64,000 nucleotides of DNA from Eubacteriales bacterium. GTDB lineage: Bacteria > Bacillota > Clostridia > Oscillospirales > CAG-272. Position numbers and translations under genes: made by a program. The notes beneath the pieces were generated by a model, which was given only the letters and a program-made list of their open reading frames with translations, was not told the DNA's origin and did no database searches. This document shows positions 44,302 through 53,770 of this stretch, one piece after another (within the stretch, counting starts at the first letter, position 1; each line of letters opens with the position of its first letter). The stretch spans positions 4,348 to 68,347 of the forward strand of contig JAZNOQ010000085.1 in NCBI GenBank assembly GCA_045589215.1, given 5' to 3'.

Positions 44302-45153
44302 ATGAAAAAAATCACAGCGTGGCTTTGCGCTTTCGCACTGCTATTGATGTCGACCTCTTTTTTGACGGCCTGCAATAACGGCAAGCGACCAAGCGAGGGG
44401 CTCGAATTTAAACTGAATTCCGACGGAGTCTCCTATTCGGTCAGCGGACGCGGAACGTGCGAGGATAAGCGTATCGTCATTCCGAGCACCTACGAGGAGC
44501 TTCCCGTGACCGCCATCGGTACGGCGGCGTTTTACGACACTTCGATCAAGTCGGTCGTTTTGCCTGAAGGTATCACGAGTATCGGGGCGTGGGCGTTTGA
44601 AAAATGTAAGAGTCTGACGAAGGTTACCCTTCCCGAGGGACTTACGACAATCGGAAATGGTGCGTTTTATATGTGTGATAAGATCACGTCGATAAAGCTC
44701 CCATCCACTGTGACGAGTATTGGAGCAAAGGCATTTGCCTCCTGCGGCGGACTTACCGAGATCATTTTTCCGGACAGTGTAACCACGGTCGGAGACGAGG
44801 CGTTTTCAGGGTGCTATAACATAACGAAGCTGATGCTTGGACAAAATCTGAAAACGATCGGATCGGGTGCCTTCCATTCCTGCTGGTCGATTCGGAACGT
44901 GACGATCACGGGCAATGTTTCGCGTATTTCTCCAAACGCCTTTGAGGATTGTCGCGCCCTTGTTAATCTGACGATCCCGAAGACCGTCGTAAACATTGCA
45001 GATAGCGCACTTCGCGGGTGCGAACAGCTTACATCGCTGACCTACGGAGGAAAAAAGGCGGATTTTGGAAGGGTTCTGCTCGAAAGCAATTGGAGAGCCG
45101 AATCTGCCGTCAAAGAAATCATTTGCTCGGATGGGATCATCCTTCTCCCATAA
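44302..45153 (+). CDS. surface lipoprotein with BspA-type leucine-rich repeats
   Basis: Lipobox SFLTA|C. About 9 tandem ~23-aa repeats follow the pattern (V/I)xIPxxVTSIGxxAFxxCxxL. Confidence 0.75.
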   Translation: MKKITAWLCAFALLLMSTSFLTACNNGKRPSEGLEFKLNSDGVSYSVSGRGTCEDKRIVIPSTYEELPVTAIGTAAFYDTSIKSVVLPEGITSIGAWAFEKCKSLTKVTLPEGLTTIGNGAFYMCDKITSIKLPSTVTSIGAKAFASCGGLTEIIFPDSVTTVGDEAFSGCYNITKLMLGQNLKTIGSGAFHSCWSIRNVTITGNVSRISPNAFEDCRALVNLTIPKTVVNIADSALRGCEQLTSLTYGGKKADFGRVLLESNWRAESAVKEIICSDGIILLP

Positions 45154-45156
45154 CAT

Positions 45157-45197
45157 AAAAAGAACTGCTCCGCAGCGGAGCAGTTCTTTTTATTTTT
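45157..45197. terminator. bidirectional intrinsic terminator (LRR lipoprotein gene / ABC-F gene)
   Basis: AAAAAGAACTGCTCC-gcagc-GGAGCAGTTCTTTTTATTTTT. Confidence 0.85.
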
Positions 45198-45200
45198 AAG

Positions 45201-46802
45201 TTACGCTTCGGTTTCTGCCTTTTTGCGCTCGACGTATTCGTCGTACGTGCCGAGGAAGTCTCTCCATTCACCGCCGGGAAGGATCTCGATGATGCGGTTG
45301 GCTACCGTATTTACAAGCTCGTAGTCATGCGAGGAGAAGAGAATGTTGCCCTTGAAATTCGACAGACCGTGGTTGACTGCGGAGATCGACTCAAGGTCGA
45401 GATGGTCGGTCGGCTGATCGACGATCAGCATATTCGAGCCGAACAGCATCATACGCGAGAACATACAACGCACCTTTTCGCCACCCGAAAGAACGTCTAC
45501 GGGCTTGTAGACGGCATCACCCGAGAAGAGCATTCTGCCGAGGAATCCACGCAGGTAGCTCTCGGTCTGATCCTTTGAATACGGACGGAGCCAATCGAGG
45601 ATCGTTTCCTTGTGACCGTTGAAATACTCGCTGTTGTCGTGAGGGAAGTAGGATTTCGTAATGCTGATGCCCCACTTGAAGTCACCTGCATCGGGCTCGT
45701 CCTCCTCCATCAGAATGCGGAAGAGCGCGGTGATCGCGGGTTCATTTCCGACGAATGCGATCTTCTCCTCCTTGTTGACCGTAAAGGAGAGATCCTTGAT
45801 GAGGGGAACGCCGCCCTGTGACTTTGAAATGTTCCGAACGAAGAGAATGTCTTTGCCGGGTGCGCGATCCATATCGAAGCCGATGAAGGGATAGCGGCGG
45901 CTCGATGCGGGGATCTCCTCGACCGTGAGCTTGTCAAGAAGCTTGCGGCGTGAGGTTGCTTGACGGGACTTCGACTTGTTCGCAGAGAAGCGGGAGATGA
46001 ATTCCTGCAGCTCCTTGATCTTTTCCTCGTTCTTTTTGTTCTGCTGCTTCATCATACGCTGGACGAGCTGACTCGATTCGTACCAGAATTCGTAGTTGCC
46101 GACGTACATTTTGATGGCGCTGAAGTCGATATCGACAATGTTCGTGCAGACGTCATTGAGGAAGTGACGATCATGCGAGATGACGAGGACGGTGCCGAAG
46201 TAATCTGCGAGGAAGTCCTCAAGCCACATAACGGCATTGATGTCAAGACCGTTCGTGGGCTCGTCGAGGAGGATCACGGCGGGGGTGCCGAAAAGTGCCT
46301 GCGCAAGCAGCACCTTGACCTTTTCGCTTTCCTTCAGCTCGCTCATCTGTGAATAGAGGAGATCGATCGAAAGCCCGAGCCCCTGTATGAGACGGGAGGC
46401 GTCGGTTTCGGCTTCCCAACCGCCCATTTCGGCAAAGTCAGCCTCAAGCTCGGAGGCGCGTACACCGTCTTCGTCAGTGAAGTCCTCCTTCTCGTAGATC
46501 GCATCCTTTTCCTTCATCACGGCATATAGCTTTTCGTTACCCATAATGACCGTGTCAAGGACGGTGTATTCGTCAAACGCGAAGTGATCCTGCTTCAGGA
46601 CCGACATACGGAGATTTTCGGGAATCGTGATCTCGCCCTTCGTCGGCTCAAGCTCTCCTGCGAGGAGCTTGAAAAAGGTCGTCTTGCCCGCACCGTTTGC
46701 ACCGATGATACCGTAGCAGTTACCGGGGGTGAACTTCAGGTCAACGTTCTTGAAAAGAACGTGGCTGTCGTATTGGAAGCTTAAATTCGATACTGTAATC
46801 AT
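45201..46802 (-). CDS. ABC-F family ATPase (YbiT-like translation factor)
   Basis: Two NBDs (GANGAGKTT, LSGGEKVR) and no TM segments. The N-terminus closely parallels E. coli YbiT (..FKNVDLKF..GNCYGIIGANGAGKTTF..LKQDHFAFDEYTVLDTVIMG). Confidence 0.85.
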   Translation of the reverse strand: MITVSNLSFQYDSHVLFKNVDLKFTPGNCYGIIGANGAGKTTFFKLLAGELEPTKGEITIPENLRMSVLKQDHFAFDEYTVLDTVIMGNEKLYAVMKEKDAIYEKEDFTDEDGVRASELEADFAEMGGWEAETDASRLIQGLGLSIDLLYSQMSELKESEKVKVLLAQALFGTPAVILLDEPTNGLDINAVMWLEDFLADYFGTVLVISHDRHFLNDVCTNIVDIDFSAIKMYVGNYEFWYESSQLVQRMMKQQNKKNEEKIKELQEFISRFSANKSKSRQATSRRKLLDKLTVEEIPASSRRYPFIGFDMDRAPGKDILFVRNISKSQGGVPLIKDLSFTVNKEEKIAFVGNEPAITALFRILMEEDEPDAGDFKWGISITKSYFPHDNSEYFNGHKETILDWLRPYSKDQTESYLRGFLGRMLFSGDAVYKPVDVLSGGEKVRCMFSRMMLFGSNMLIVDQPTDHLDLESISAVNHGLSNFKGNILFSSHDYELVNTVANRIIEILPGGEWRDFLGTYDEYVERKKAETEA

Positions 46803-47004
46803 TTTTACTCCTTATTGTTGCTCTTTTGGCGGGGAAAGAACCTTTCTTTTGAGAAAGGCTTCTTTCCCCCGCACCCCCATCTCCAAAGAACTTAAAAAAG
46901 GGGGGAATGCAAAATATAATTGGGAAAAGTTCTTGGAAATTCTTAAGAACCTTCCTTCAAGAAGGTTCTTAAGCAGGGTGAAGGGACGGCGTCCCTGCTT
47001 TCTG
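46803..47004 (-). promoter_or_regulatory. structured 5' leader / upstream region of the ABC-F gene
   Basis: A nested GC-rich hairpin lies at 46829-46872, immediately upstream of the SD sequence. A 22-codon uORF (46812-46880) ends at the main SD. Two further hairpins lie at 46942-46973 and 46971-47000. The AAGAAC/GTTCTT motif recurs. Confidence 0.4.
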
Positions 47005-47037
47005 TAAAAAACCGGTCGGCGTATAGGTCGACCGGTT
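47005..47037 (-). terminator. intrinsic terminator of hom
   Basis: On the minus strand: AACCGGTCG-acctatacg-CCGACCGGTT followed by TTTTT. Confidence 0.75.
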
Positions 47038-47053
47038 TATGTGCGAGGAAGGA

Positions 47054-48277
47054 TCAGCCGAGAACGCGAATGCGCTTGACGAAGGGAAGGGGCGCGGATG
47101 CGGAAAGAGCATCTGCCTTTTCCTCGGTCAGCTCCTCGGTCATTACGGCGAGAAGTCCGAGCGAGGGGAAAGCCTTGACCTCGGCTCCGCCGAAGTGCGT
47201 GGAAAGCGCGGATGCGCTGTCAGCAGTTCCCTTATAGATCGCAAGGCTGCGGCAGGCGTAAGAGGAGAAATCCGCAACGGTTTCCTTGCTTGCGGGCGAC
47301 CAAACGACCTCTGCAACCTGTTTTGCATCGGTCTGCCAAACGTCGATCAGATCCGCCACAACTGCCGAGGCGGTCGGAAGCTTGCCGGCTCCTCTGCCGT
47401 AGAACATGACCTTGTCGACCATATTGGCGTCAACCAAGACACCGTTGAAAACGTCCGAAACACCCGAAAGGGGATTTTGCTTCGGAACAACGCGAGGAGA
47501 GACCATACAGAGAACCTTGCCGTCGATCTTCTCGGTGTGTCCGATCAGCTTCAGAGAAGCACCGAACGCCTCTGTGATCTTGACGTCATCAAGCGTAAGA
47601 CGGGTGATGCCCTCTACGTGGATGTCATCGGGACGGAGGATCGTTCCGAATGCGAGAGCCGCGAGAATGACGATCTTGCGTGCCGCGTCAAGTCCCTCAA
47701 CGTCCGCGGTCGGATCCTTCTCGGCATATCCCTTAGCCTGCGCGTCCGCGAGAGCATTCTCAAACGAAACGCCGTTTTCGATCATCTGGGTCAGGATATA
47801 GTTGGTCGTTCCGTTCAGAATGCCGCTGACCGAGACGATCTCATTCGACTGCAGATCGTGCATCATAGGACGAATGATCGGAATACCGCCGCCAACACTC
47901 GCTTCAAAGAGATAACGGACACCGTTTTCTGCCGCGAGATGTTGAAGTTCTGCACCAAAATTCGCAACGACCTCCTTGTTCGAAGTAACGACGCTCTTGC
48001 CCGCCTCAATGCAAGCCTTTGAAAAATCGTATGCGGGATGAGAGCCTCCCATCATTTCAGCAACGACCGAAACCTCGGGATCGTTTAAAATGACATTAAA
48101 ATCATGAACGATGAGGTGCTCGAGCGGATGCCCCTTGAATTCGCGGAGATCGAGGATATACTTAATGTTGATCTCCGAGCCGATACGGGACTCGATGAGC
48201 TTTTTGTTTTCGGTAAGGACTTCTGCGACACCGCTGCCGATGACGCCGAAGCCGAGGATCGCGAGATTGATTGCCAT
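47054..48277 (-). CDS. hom: homoserine dehydrogenase with C-terminal ACT domain
   Basis: N-terminal Rossmann fold (LAILGFGVIGSGV), the GILNGTTNYILT motif, and a 407-aa length. Confidence 0.9.
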   Translation of the reverse strand: MAINLAILGFGVIGSGVAEVLTENKKLIESRIGSEINIKYILDLREFKGHPLEHLIVHDFNVILNDPEVSVVAEMMGGSHPAYDFSKACIEAGKSVVTSNKEVVANFGAELQHLAAENGVRYLFEASVGGGIPIIRPMMHDLQSNEIVSVSGILNGTTNYILTQMIENGVSFENALADAQAKGYAEKDPTADVEGLDAARKIVILAALAFGTILRPDDIHVEGITRLTLDDVKITEAFGASLKLIGHTEKIDGKVLCMVSPRVVPKQNPLSGVSDVFNGVLVDANMVDKVMFYGRGAGKLPTASAVVADLIDVWQTDAKQVAEVVWSPASKETVADFSSYACRSLAIYKGTADSASALSTHFGGAEVKAFPSLGLLAVMTEELTEEKADALSASAPLPFVKRIRVLG

Positions 48278-48390
48278 AGTCTGACCTTGCTTTCTTGGAA
48301 TTTGTACCTGCCCCCGAAGGAGCGGTACTCCGAAAAATTTATTTATACATTATATCATACCACATTTTAGAGGAAAAAGCAAGTTTTCTA

Positions 48391-48419
48391 TTGCATTTTT
48401 TTTCGGAATGTGGTAGAAT
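48391..48419 (+). promoter_or_regulatory. sigma-A promoter upstream of the DUF4364 gene
   Basis: TTGCAT, a 17-nt spacer, then TGg-TAGAAT. Confidence 0.5.
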
Positions 48420-48486
48420 ATTTCATAAGATACACGCCGTTTTATGTGTGAAATGCCGTTTTTCTGAAAAAAGGAGGCTTTGTGTG

Positions 48487-49023
48487 ATGAAAAGCAGTGA
48501 GACTGTCAGAATTTTCGTTCTTTATCTGATGCAAAACGTGGGATATCCCCTTGACTATATATCGATCAGCGATATGATCCTGCAGACCGATTACGTGATC
48601 TATCTCGACTTTGCCGAAGCGTTTGCCGAGCTTGTCGACAGCGACATGGTGCGCGAGGAAGGGAAGAATGAGAGAGGGGAGCCGTTATATATTGTAACCG
48701 AAAAGGGCAGATGCGTTTGTGAGGAGCTTGGAAAGTCCCGCACGCCGATCGTGCTTGAAAACGCGCTTGCGGCGGCGCTTCGCTTTCTTGATTTTCAGAA
48801 AAGAGATATTACGCTTCACAGCCATATCGAGGACACCGAGGACGGCCGCTTCTGGTTTGTTTGCGGCGTGACCGAGAAGGGTGTACTGCTTGTGGAAAAT
48901 CGCATTCTCGTGGATAGCCGCGCGCGTGCGATCCAGATGGAGCAGAATTTCCGTAAAAGGCCCGAGGCGATCTACCGCGGAACCGTTGCGCTCCTGTCGG
49001 GCAACGTGAATTATCTTTTGTGA
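48487..49023 (+). CDS. DUF4364-like protein (winged-helix N-terminus)
   Basis: 178 aa starting at the ATG after an AAGGAGG RBS. The ORF-track start at 48295 has no RBS. The family call is from memory. Confidence 0.5.
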   Translation: MKSSETVRIFVLYLMQNVGYPLDYISISDMILQTDYVIYLDFAEAFAELVDSDMVREEGKNERGEPLYIVTEKGRCVCEELGKSRTPIVLENALAAALRFLDFQKRDITLHSHIEDTEDGRFWFVCGVTEKGVLLVENRILVDSRARAIQMEQNFRKRPEAIYRGTVALLSGNVNYLL

Positions 49024-49092
49024 AAAAGGGCAATGAAAGAGGGTATGATTTCAAAAGCGTGATCAAAAAATCCCTTTTCAATGCAACATTCG

Positions 49093-49132
49093 ATGCACTT
49101 CGTTGCTTTGACGGCAACGAGGTGCATTTTTG
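49093..49132 (+). terminator. intrinsic terminator after the DUF4364 gene
   Basis: ATGCACTTCGTTGC-tttgacg-GCAACGAGGTGCAT followed by TTTTT. Confidence 0.75.
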
Positions 49133-49367
49133 ATGAATTTGTCAACAAATTGTTCGGGATCTGACCTGTTGAAATAGACATTTGCCTTTGAAAATAAAAA
49201 AGTTGGTATCAAAAATGACAAAGTTTTTGAGCCGTTTCCGTGCAAAATGACGAGCAAAGGAGGTTCCAATACGAATAGTTTACAGTTTCATGATACGGAT
49301 TTTGTCTAAAATGTGCGGTGCCCTCAAAATGTGTCGGAAATCGACAAAACTATTTTTAAAAAACCTC

Positions 49368-49396
49368 TTGACATTATATAGTTTTCCGATTATAAT
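49368..49396 (+). promoter_or_regulatory. perfect-consensus sigma-A promoter upstream of the sigma-factor gene
   Basis: TTGACA, a 17-nt spacer, then TATAAT, about 105 nt upstream of the ATG at 49502. Confidence 0.65.
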
Positions 49397-49501
49397 TAAG
49401 ATGCTTGCTTTCGCAAGTGAAAGTGCTTCGCACCCCAAAGACCTTGCGGCGGCTTCGCGAAAAGCCGATTTGAAACCGTACAGAGCGGAGAGACGGAAGG
49501 C

Positions 49502-50116
49502 ATGAAAAACACCGAGAAAACAAACGATACGGCAAAAAGAGAAGCTCGTGATCAGGTTCGCGCATTGATCTTACAGATCAGAAGCTCGGATGCGGACGCG
49601 CAGAGCGGCTTTGACTTGCTGATGGAGCGTTATTTGCCCCTGATCGAGAAGACCGTGGAGCGGTTTTCGGACGTGCTTGTATCGGATACCGACCGAGACG
49701 ATCTCCGACAGGAGGCGCTTATGAGCCTTTACCGTGCAGCAATGTCGTTTGATCTTTCGCAGGACAAGGTCAGCTTTGGGCTGTACGCACAGATCTGTAT
49801 GACGAACCGTATGGTCTCTTACGTGCGCGCCTACGAGAAGAGAAGGGATGAACAGATCCTGCCGATCGACGAACAGATCTGCTCGGACGAGACGCCCATC
49901 TCTGCGCTCGAAGAAGAGGAGCGCGTACGGTGCACCTATGAGGTGATCCGCCGTGTGCTGTCGCCCTTCGAGTATAAGGTCTGGTGCCATTATGTCGGCG
50001 GCTCGTTGGTCTCGGAGATCTCAGCTTTGGTTCGGAAGGACGAGAAGTCGGTTTCGAACGCGATCTCGCGTATCCGTCGGAAGCTGCGTGCGGCGCGGAA
50101 GGAATTTGATTTTTGA
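49502..50116 (+). CDS. sigma-70 family RNA polymerase sigma factor (SigH-like group)
   Basis: Region 2 (DDLRQEALMSLYRAAMSFD...FGLYAQICMTNRMVSYVR) and region 4 HTH (SLVSEISALVRKDEKSVSNAISRIRRKL) parallel B. subtilis SigH in layout. Confidence 0.65.
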   Translation: MKNTEKTNDTAKREARDQVRALILQIRSSDADAQSGFDLLMERYLPLIEKTVERFSDVLVSDTDRDDLRQEALMSLYRAAMSFDLSQDKVSFGLYAQICMTNRMVSYVRAYEKRRDEQILPIDEQICSDETPISALEEEERVRCTYEVIRRVLSPFEYKVWCHYVGGSLVSEISALVRKDEKSVSNAISRIRRKLRAARKEFDF

Positions 50117-50222
50117 TCCTGCAAGCTTTTGTGGGATTTATATGCCCCAATGCCGTATAGCGGCGATTCGGTTCATAGCCGAGTTGGGGTAGATTAACTA
50201 CAAGTTAAAGTGAGGTAACATC

Positions 50223-50531
50223 ATGTTCAACGAGGAAGTCAACGCAGAAGTCGAAGTGTTTGAGGACGAGACTCTGGTCTGCAAGGACTGTGGCAACGAA
50301 TTTGTTTTCACTGCAGGTGAAAAGCAGTTCTACAAAGAAAAGGGCTTTATGAATAAGCCGAAGTGCTGCAAGCCTTGCCGTGACGCAAAGAAGAATGGCG
50401 AGCGTGCCGCTCGTCAGTATTTCGAGACCACCTGCGCACAGTGCGGCGGTGTCGCTCGCGTTACGTTCCAACCCTCCGCAGACAGACCTGTCTATTGCAA
50501 GGAGTGCTTCGAGGCTTCAAAGGCAAAATGA
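50223..50531 (+). CDS. zinc-ribbon protein (CxxC-x17-CxxC type)
   Basis: CKDCG...CCKPC and CAQCG...CKECF pairs. Good RBS (GTGAGGT). Confidence 0.65.
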   Translation: MFNEEVNAEVEVFEDETLVCKDCGNEFVFTAGEKQFYKEKGFMNKPKCCKPCRDAKKNGERAARQYFETTCAQCGGVARVTFQPSADRPVYCKECFEASKAK

Positions 50532-50620
50532 GTGAGCTGTCCGAAGGCAGTGCATTCAGGACTGTATCAAGGAGACGCCCCGTTTTGGACTGAATTTTTG
50601 ATAGAGATCCGATCTGTAAG

Positions 50621-50664
50621 AGAAACACGCGCGACCGAAATTCGGTCGCGCGTGTTTCTTTTTA
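50621..50664 (+). terminator. intrinsic terminator after the zinc-ribbon gene
   Basis: AGAAACACGCGCGACCGAA-a-TTCGGTCGCGCGTGTTTCT followed by TTTTAT. Confidence 0.85.
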
Positions 50665-50700
50665 TATAACGGAAACCACTCGCTTAGCCTGTGGTTATGA

Positions 50701-51564
50701 CTATAATTCCTCTCGTGCGGCGCGGCGGAAATCCGACGGAGATGCTCCGACGGTGCGGCTGAAGAGGCGCGTGAAGTAATACGGCGAAGAGAACCCGACG
50801 GCGTAAGAGATCTCCGAGATCGAAAGCGGAGTGCTGCGTAAAAGCTCCTGCGCCTTCCCGATGCGAACGTTTTGGATAAATGCGGTCACACTCTGTCCTG
50901 CGTGGCGGCGGAATACACGCGCCGCATACTGCGGGGAGATGCTCATTTCCTCACTGAGCGACGAGAGGGAGAGGGGCTCGGGATAGTGCGCTTCGATGTA
51001 GTCGCGCATTGCGAGATAAGTGTTTTTGCTTTTGGGGGCAGGGGATTCCTCTGTCGGTACGGTGTAATTTTCGCTCAGCAGGAGCATGATGCGAAGAAGG
51101 GCGAGATCAAGCCGCGTTTTATCGAAGGTGTGCGAGCACGGAGCGTGACGAAGCGCGGATACGGCAAGATGCTCGACCTGCTCGCGCGACGCATTGATCG
51201 GCGTTGCGGAAGGCAGGAAAAATCCCGTTTCGCGCGGCTGAAGCTGTCCGATGAGCGGATGAGAGTCGGATTTCGTAAAATACAGCTTGTCTTCTTCCGT
51301 TCGGGACATCGTAAAGTGAAAATAGCAGTAATCGCAGTCCTCGACGGCACAGACCGAGTAGGCCGTATCCTCTTCGAGGAGAACAGCGGTTCCCGCGGGA
51401 AGCGAAACGTTTTGGGGGCCGAGTGAAAAACGCAGAATTCCGCTGAAAACATAGTAAAGCGCAGGCCTTTTCAGCCTTCTGCCTTGCTTCTGCCAGCCTG
51501 TTTCGTATTTCATACGCCCTGCGATGAGGGTTTGGGGGAGGGAATCGAGAGAAAAGATCGGCAT
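50701..51564 (-). CDS. AraC-family transcriptional regulator (cupin + HTH)
   Basis: C-terminal AraC HTH (ISEISYAVGFSSPYYFTRLFSRTVGASPSDFRR). The start is set at the ATG at 51564 after an AAAGGAGA RBS. Confidence 0.8.
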   Translation of the reverse strand: MPIFSLDSLPQTLIAGRMKYETGWQKQGRRLKRPALYYVFSGILRFSLGPQNVSLPAGTAVLLEEDTAYSVCAVEDCDYCYFHFTMSRTEEDKLYFTKSDSHPLIGQLQPRETGFFLPSATPINASREQVEHLAVSALRHAPCSHTFDKTRLDLALLRIMLLLSENYTVPTEESPAPKSKNTYLAMRDYIEAHYPEPLSLSSLSEEMSISPQYAARVFRRHAGQSVTAFIQNVRIGKAQELLRSTPLSISEISYAVGFSSPYYFTRLFSRTVGASPSDFRRAAREEL

Positions 51565-51712
51565 AGCAGGTCTCCTTTCGTTTTTTTTATTGTAGCACAG
51601 GGCTTGAGAAAAGTCAAGAGGTTTCGAAAAATGCAAAAAAATGCAGGGGTAGTCAATGGAAACATAGGGGCAATGTGTGTTATACTGAAAAAAACATTTG
51701 GAGGTTATAAAA

Positions 51713-53701
51713 ATGAATCAGAATAAGTTGACCTTTTCCGTAAATAAATGCGGCAACGCCGCTATCTGGGCTGCCGAGGGACTGCCGACGCGTGCGCGTG
51801 AGGGTAGTGACTTCTGGCGTATTATGATGGATGATGGGTACTACCGCGAGATGCCGGTCTATTCGCGTGACCAGATCGCCGCGTCGATCACCACCGAGAA
51901 GGGCAAGACTACCGTTGTGTACAATGGTCTTGTCGGTCGCGACGGTCGCAAATTCGACGTCGTTCTGAAGCTGACTGTGAAGGACGCAGGCGATATGCTT
52001 ACGTTTGATGCCGAGATCGAAAACCGCGATGAGGCTCGCGTAAACGAGCTTGAATATCCCTTCGTCGATCTTGAGCAGGTTGCAGATCCCGAATACAGGA
52101 AGGACGTTCTTTACCGTCCGAACGCGATGGGTGAGCGCATTGAAAATCCCCGTGCGGCACTTGCAAAGGCGCACACCGAGTACATGAGCGCAGACTACGA
52201 GGACATCAAGTCCACGCTCGCATATCCCCGCCCCGCAACGATGGCATGGATGGGGCTTGAGAGCGCGGGACACTTTCTCTACATTGGCAGACACGACGCG
52301 GAGTTCCGTGCCTGCTCGCTCCTTTGTGCGGTTGCACCGCGCGGCGCCTCCGACGACCGTCTGTCGCTTGCACTTTGCCACTATCCCTTCGCTAGGGAGG
52401 GAGAGACGGTTTCGATCGCTACCTGTGCGGTCTCCCTCACCGAGGGCGATTGGCGCGAGGGATCGCAGCGTTACCGCCGCTTTGCCGACGAGACCTTCTA
52501 TAAGCCCCATCCGAGACCGCAGTGGGTCAAGGATATGCACGGCTGGCAGAGGATCATCCTCCGTCATCAGTACGGTGAGGCATTCTGGAAGTACGAGGAT
52601 CTACCCCGTATCTATCTCGAGGGCAAGAAGAGCGGACTTGATACGCTTATGGTGTTCGGATGGTGGAAGGGACGCTTTGACAACGGATACCCGCTGTACG
52701 AAATCGACGAGGAGCTTGGCGGCGAGCAGGGCTTGAAGGATGCGATCGCAGAGGTTCAGAGACTCGGCGGCCGTGTGATCCTTTACAACAACGGTATTCT
52801 GATCGATACGAAGTCCGATTTCTTCCGTGACTATGGCGACGAGGTTGCAAAGATCGACATCGACGGAAATATGCATATGGACCACTACAAGTTCGAGAAC
52901 AACGGTACGGTTCTTCGTAACTACGGCTATAAGACCTTCGTTCGCGCCTGCCACGCGGCACCGCGTTGGAAGGACGTTATGGTGAATAACGCACGTCAGA
53001 AGCTGTCCTACGGCTGTGACGCGATTTTCTACGACCAGCTCGGTCAGAATGTTGCGCCCTGCTTCAATCCGAAGCACAGACACGGCAACAGAGCCGATTC
53101 GGAAGCGGTCTACCGTATGGAGAATGCCGAGGCGTGCCGTGCCGAGCTTTGGGGTGACAAGGCGATCGGAACCGAATGTGCAAACGATTTCGCCGTTACG
53201 TACGTTGACTTCCTCCACGGCTGTGAAAGAGGCGTTTACTACAAGAAGAACGATTCTGACAGAACGAAGACGGGCTTCCACGCGCTCTTCCGTCACACCT
53301 TCCCCGAGATCCCTGCGACGAACCGCTTCCAGCACGACTGCCGTGACGGCTTTGTCGACGAGCTGAACTACACCTTCGTCAATGGCTACCGCTTTGACGT
53401 TTCGATCTACCGCGGCAGAAAGTGTATCATCAGCGATATGCCCGAATATGCCGAATGCGTCGGGAAGCTGAACAAGCTGAAGGATCAGTACGCAGAATTC
53501 TTCTTCGGGGACGGACACTATGTTTACGATACCGTTCCGGAGCTTGAGAAGGGAAAGAAGCTCTTCTTCGGCGAGCATATTTCGGCGGACGGCAAGTATA
53601 TGATGGCATTCTCGAACGCATCCGACGAGGACGCAGAGGTCAGCGTTTACGGACAGACCGTTACGGTTCCCGCACACGAAGTGATCTGCGTGAGAAAGTA
53701 A
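51713..53701 (+). CDS. uncharacterised cytosolic glycoside-hydrolase-like protein (beta-sandwich + TIM-barrel, DUF-type), paralog A
   Basis: GGAGG RBS and no signal peptide. Barrel-like blocks are LMVFGWWKGRFDNGYP, RLGGRVILYNNG and DAIFYDQLG. Confidence 0.55.
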   Translation: MNQNKLTFSVNKCGNAAIWAAEGLPTRAREGSDFWRIMMDDGYYREMPVYSRDQIAASITTEKGKTTVVYNGLVGRDGRKFDVVLKLTVKDAGDMLTFDAEIENRDEARVNELEYPFVDLEQVADPEYRKDVLYRPNAMGERIENPRAALAKAHTEYMSADYEDIKSTLAYPRPATMAWMGLESAGHFLYIGRHDAEFRACSLLCAVAPRGASDDRLSLALCHYPFAREGETVSIATCAVSLTEGDWREGSQRYRRFADETFYKPHPRPQWVKDMHGWQRIILRHQYGEAFWKYEDLPRIYLEGKKSGLDTLMVFGWWKGRFDNGYPLYEIDEELGGEQGLKDAIAEVQRLGGRVILYNNGILIDTKSDFFRDYGDEVAKIDIDGNMHMDHYKFENNGTVLRNYGYKTFVRACHAAPRWKDVMVNNARQKLSYGCDAIFYDQLGQNVAPCFNPKHRHGNRADSEAVYRMENAEACRAELWGDKAIGTECANDFAVTYVDFLHGCERGVYYKKNDSDRTKTGFHALFRHTFPEIPATNRFQHDCRDGFVDELNYTFVNGYRFDVSIYRGRKCIISDMPEYAECVGKLNKLKDQYAEFFFGDGHYVYDTVPELEKGKKLFFGEHISADGKYMMAFSNASDEDAEVSVYGQTVTVPAHEVICVRK

Positions 53702-53770
53702 TCTTAGAACCAAAAAGGGGGCGAGTCATTTGATTGCCTCCTTCTCGAAAATCATAAAGGGAGATCTGTT

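Noticed and set aside
47039-48022. 327-aa plus-strand ORF opposite hom. Similar shadow ORFs lie at 55722-56846, 52601-53713, 51680-52567, 25285-26478, 26554-27723, 28707-29870, 59060-60064, 14997-15929, 14285-15106, 35221-36024, 36040-36786, 12247-12993, 40290-41108 and 16763-17812.
   Set aside because: All are antisense to genes with clear family signatures and good RBSs, so I treat them as non-coding shadows.
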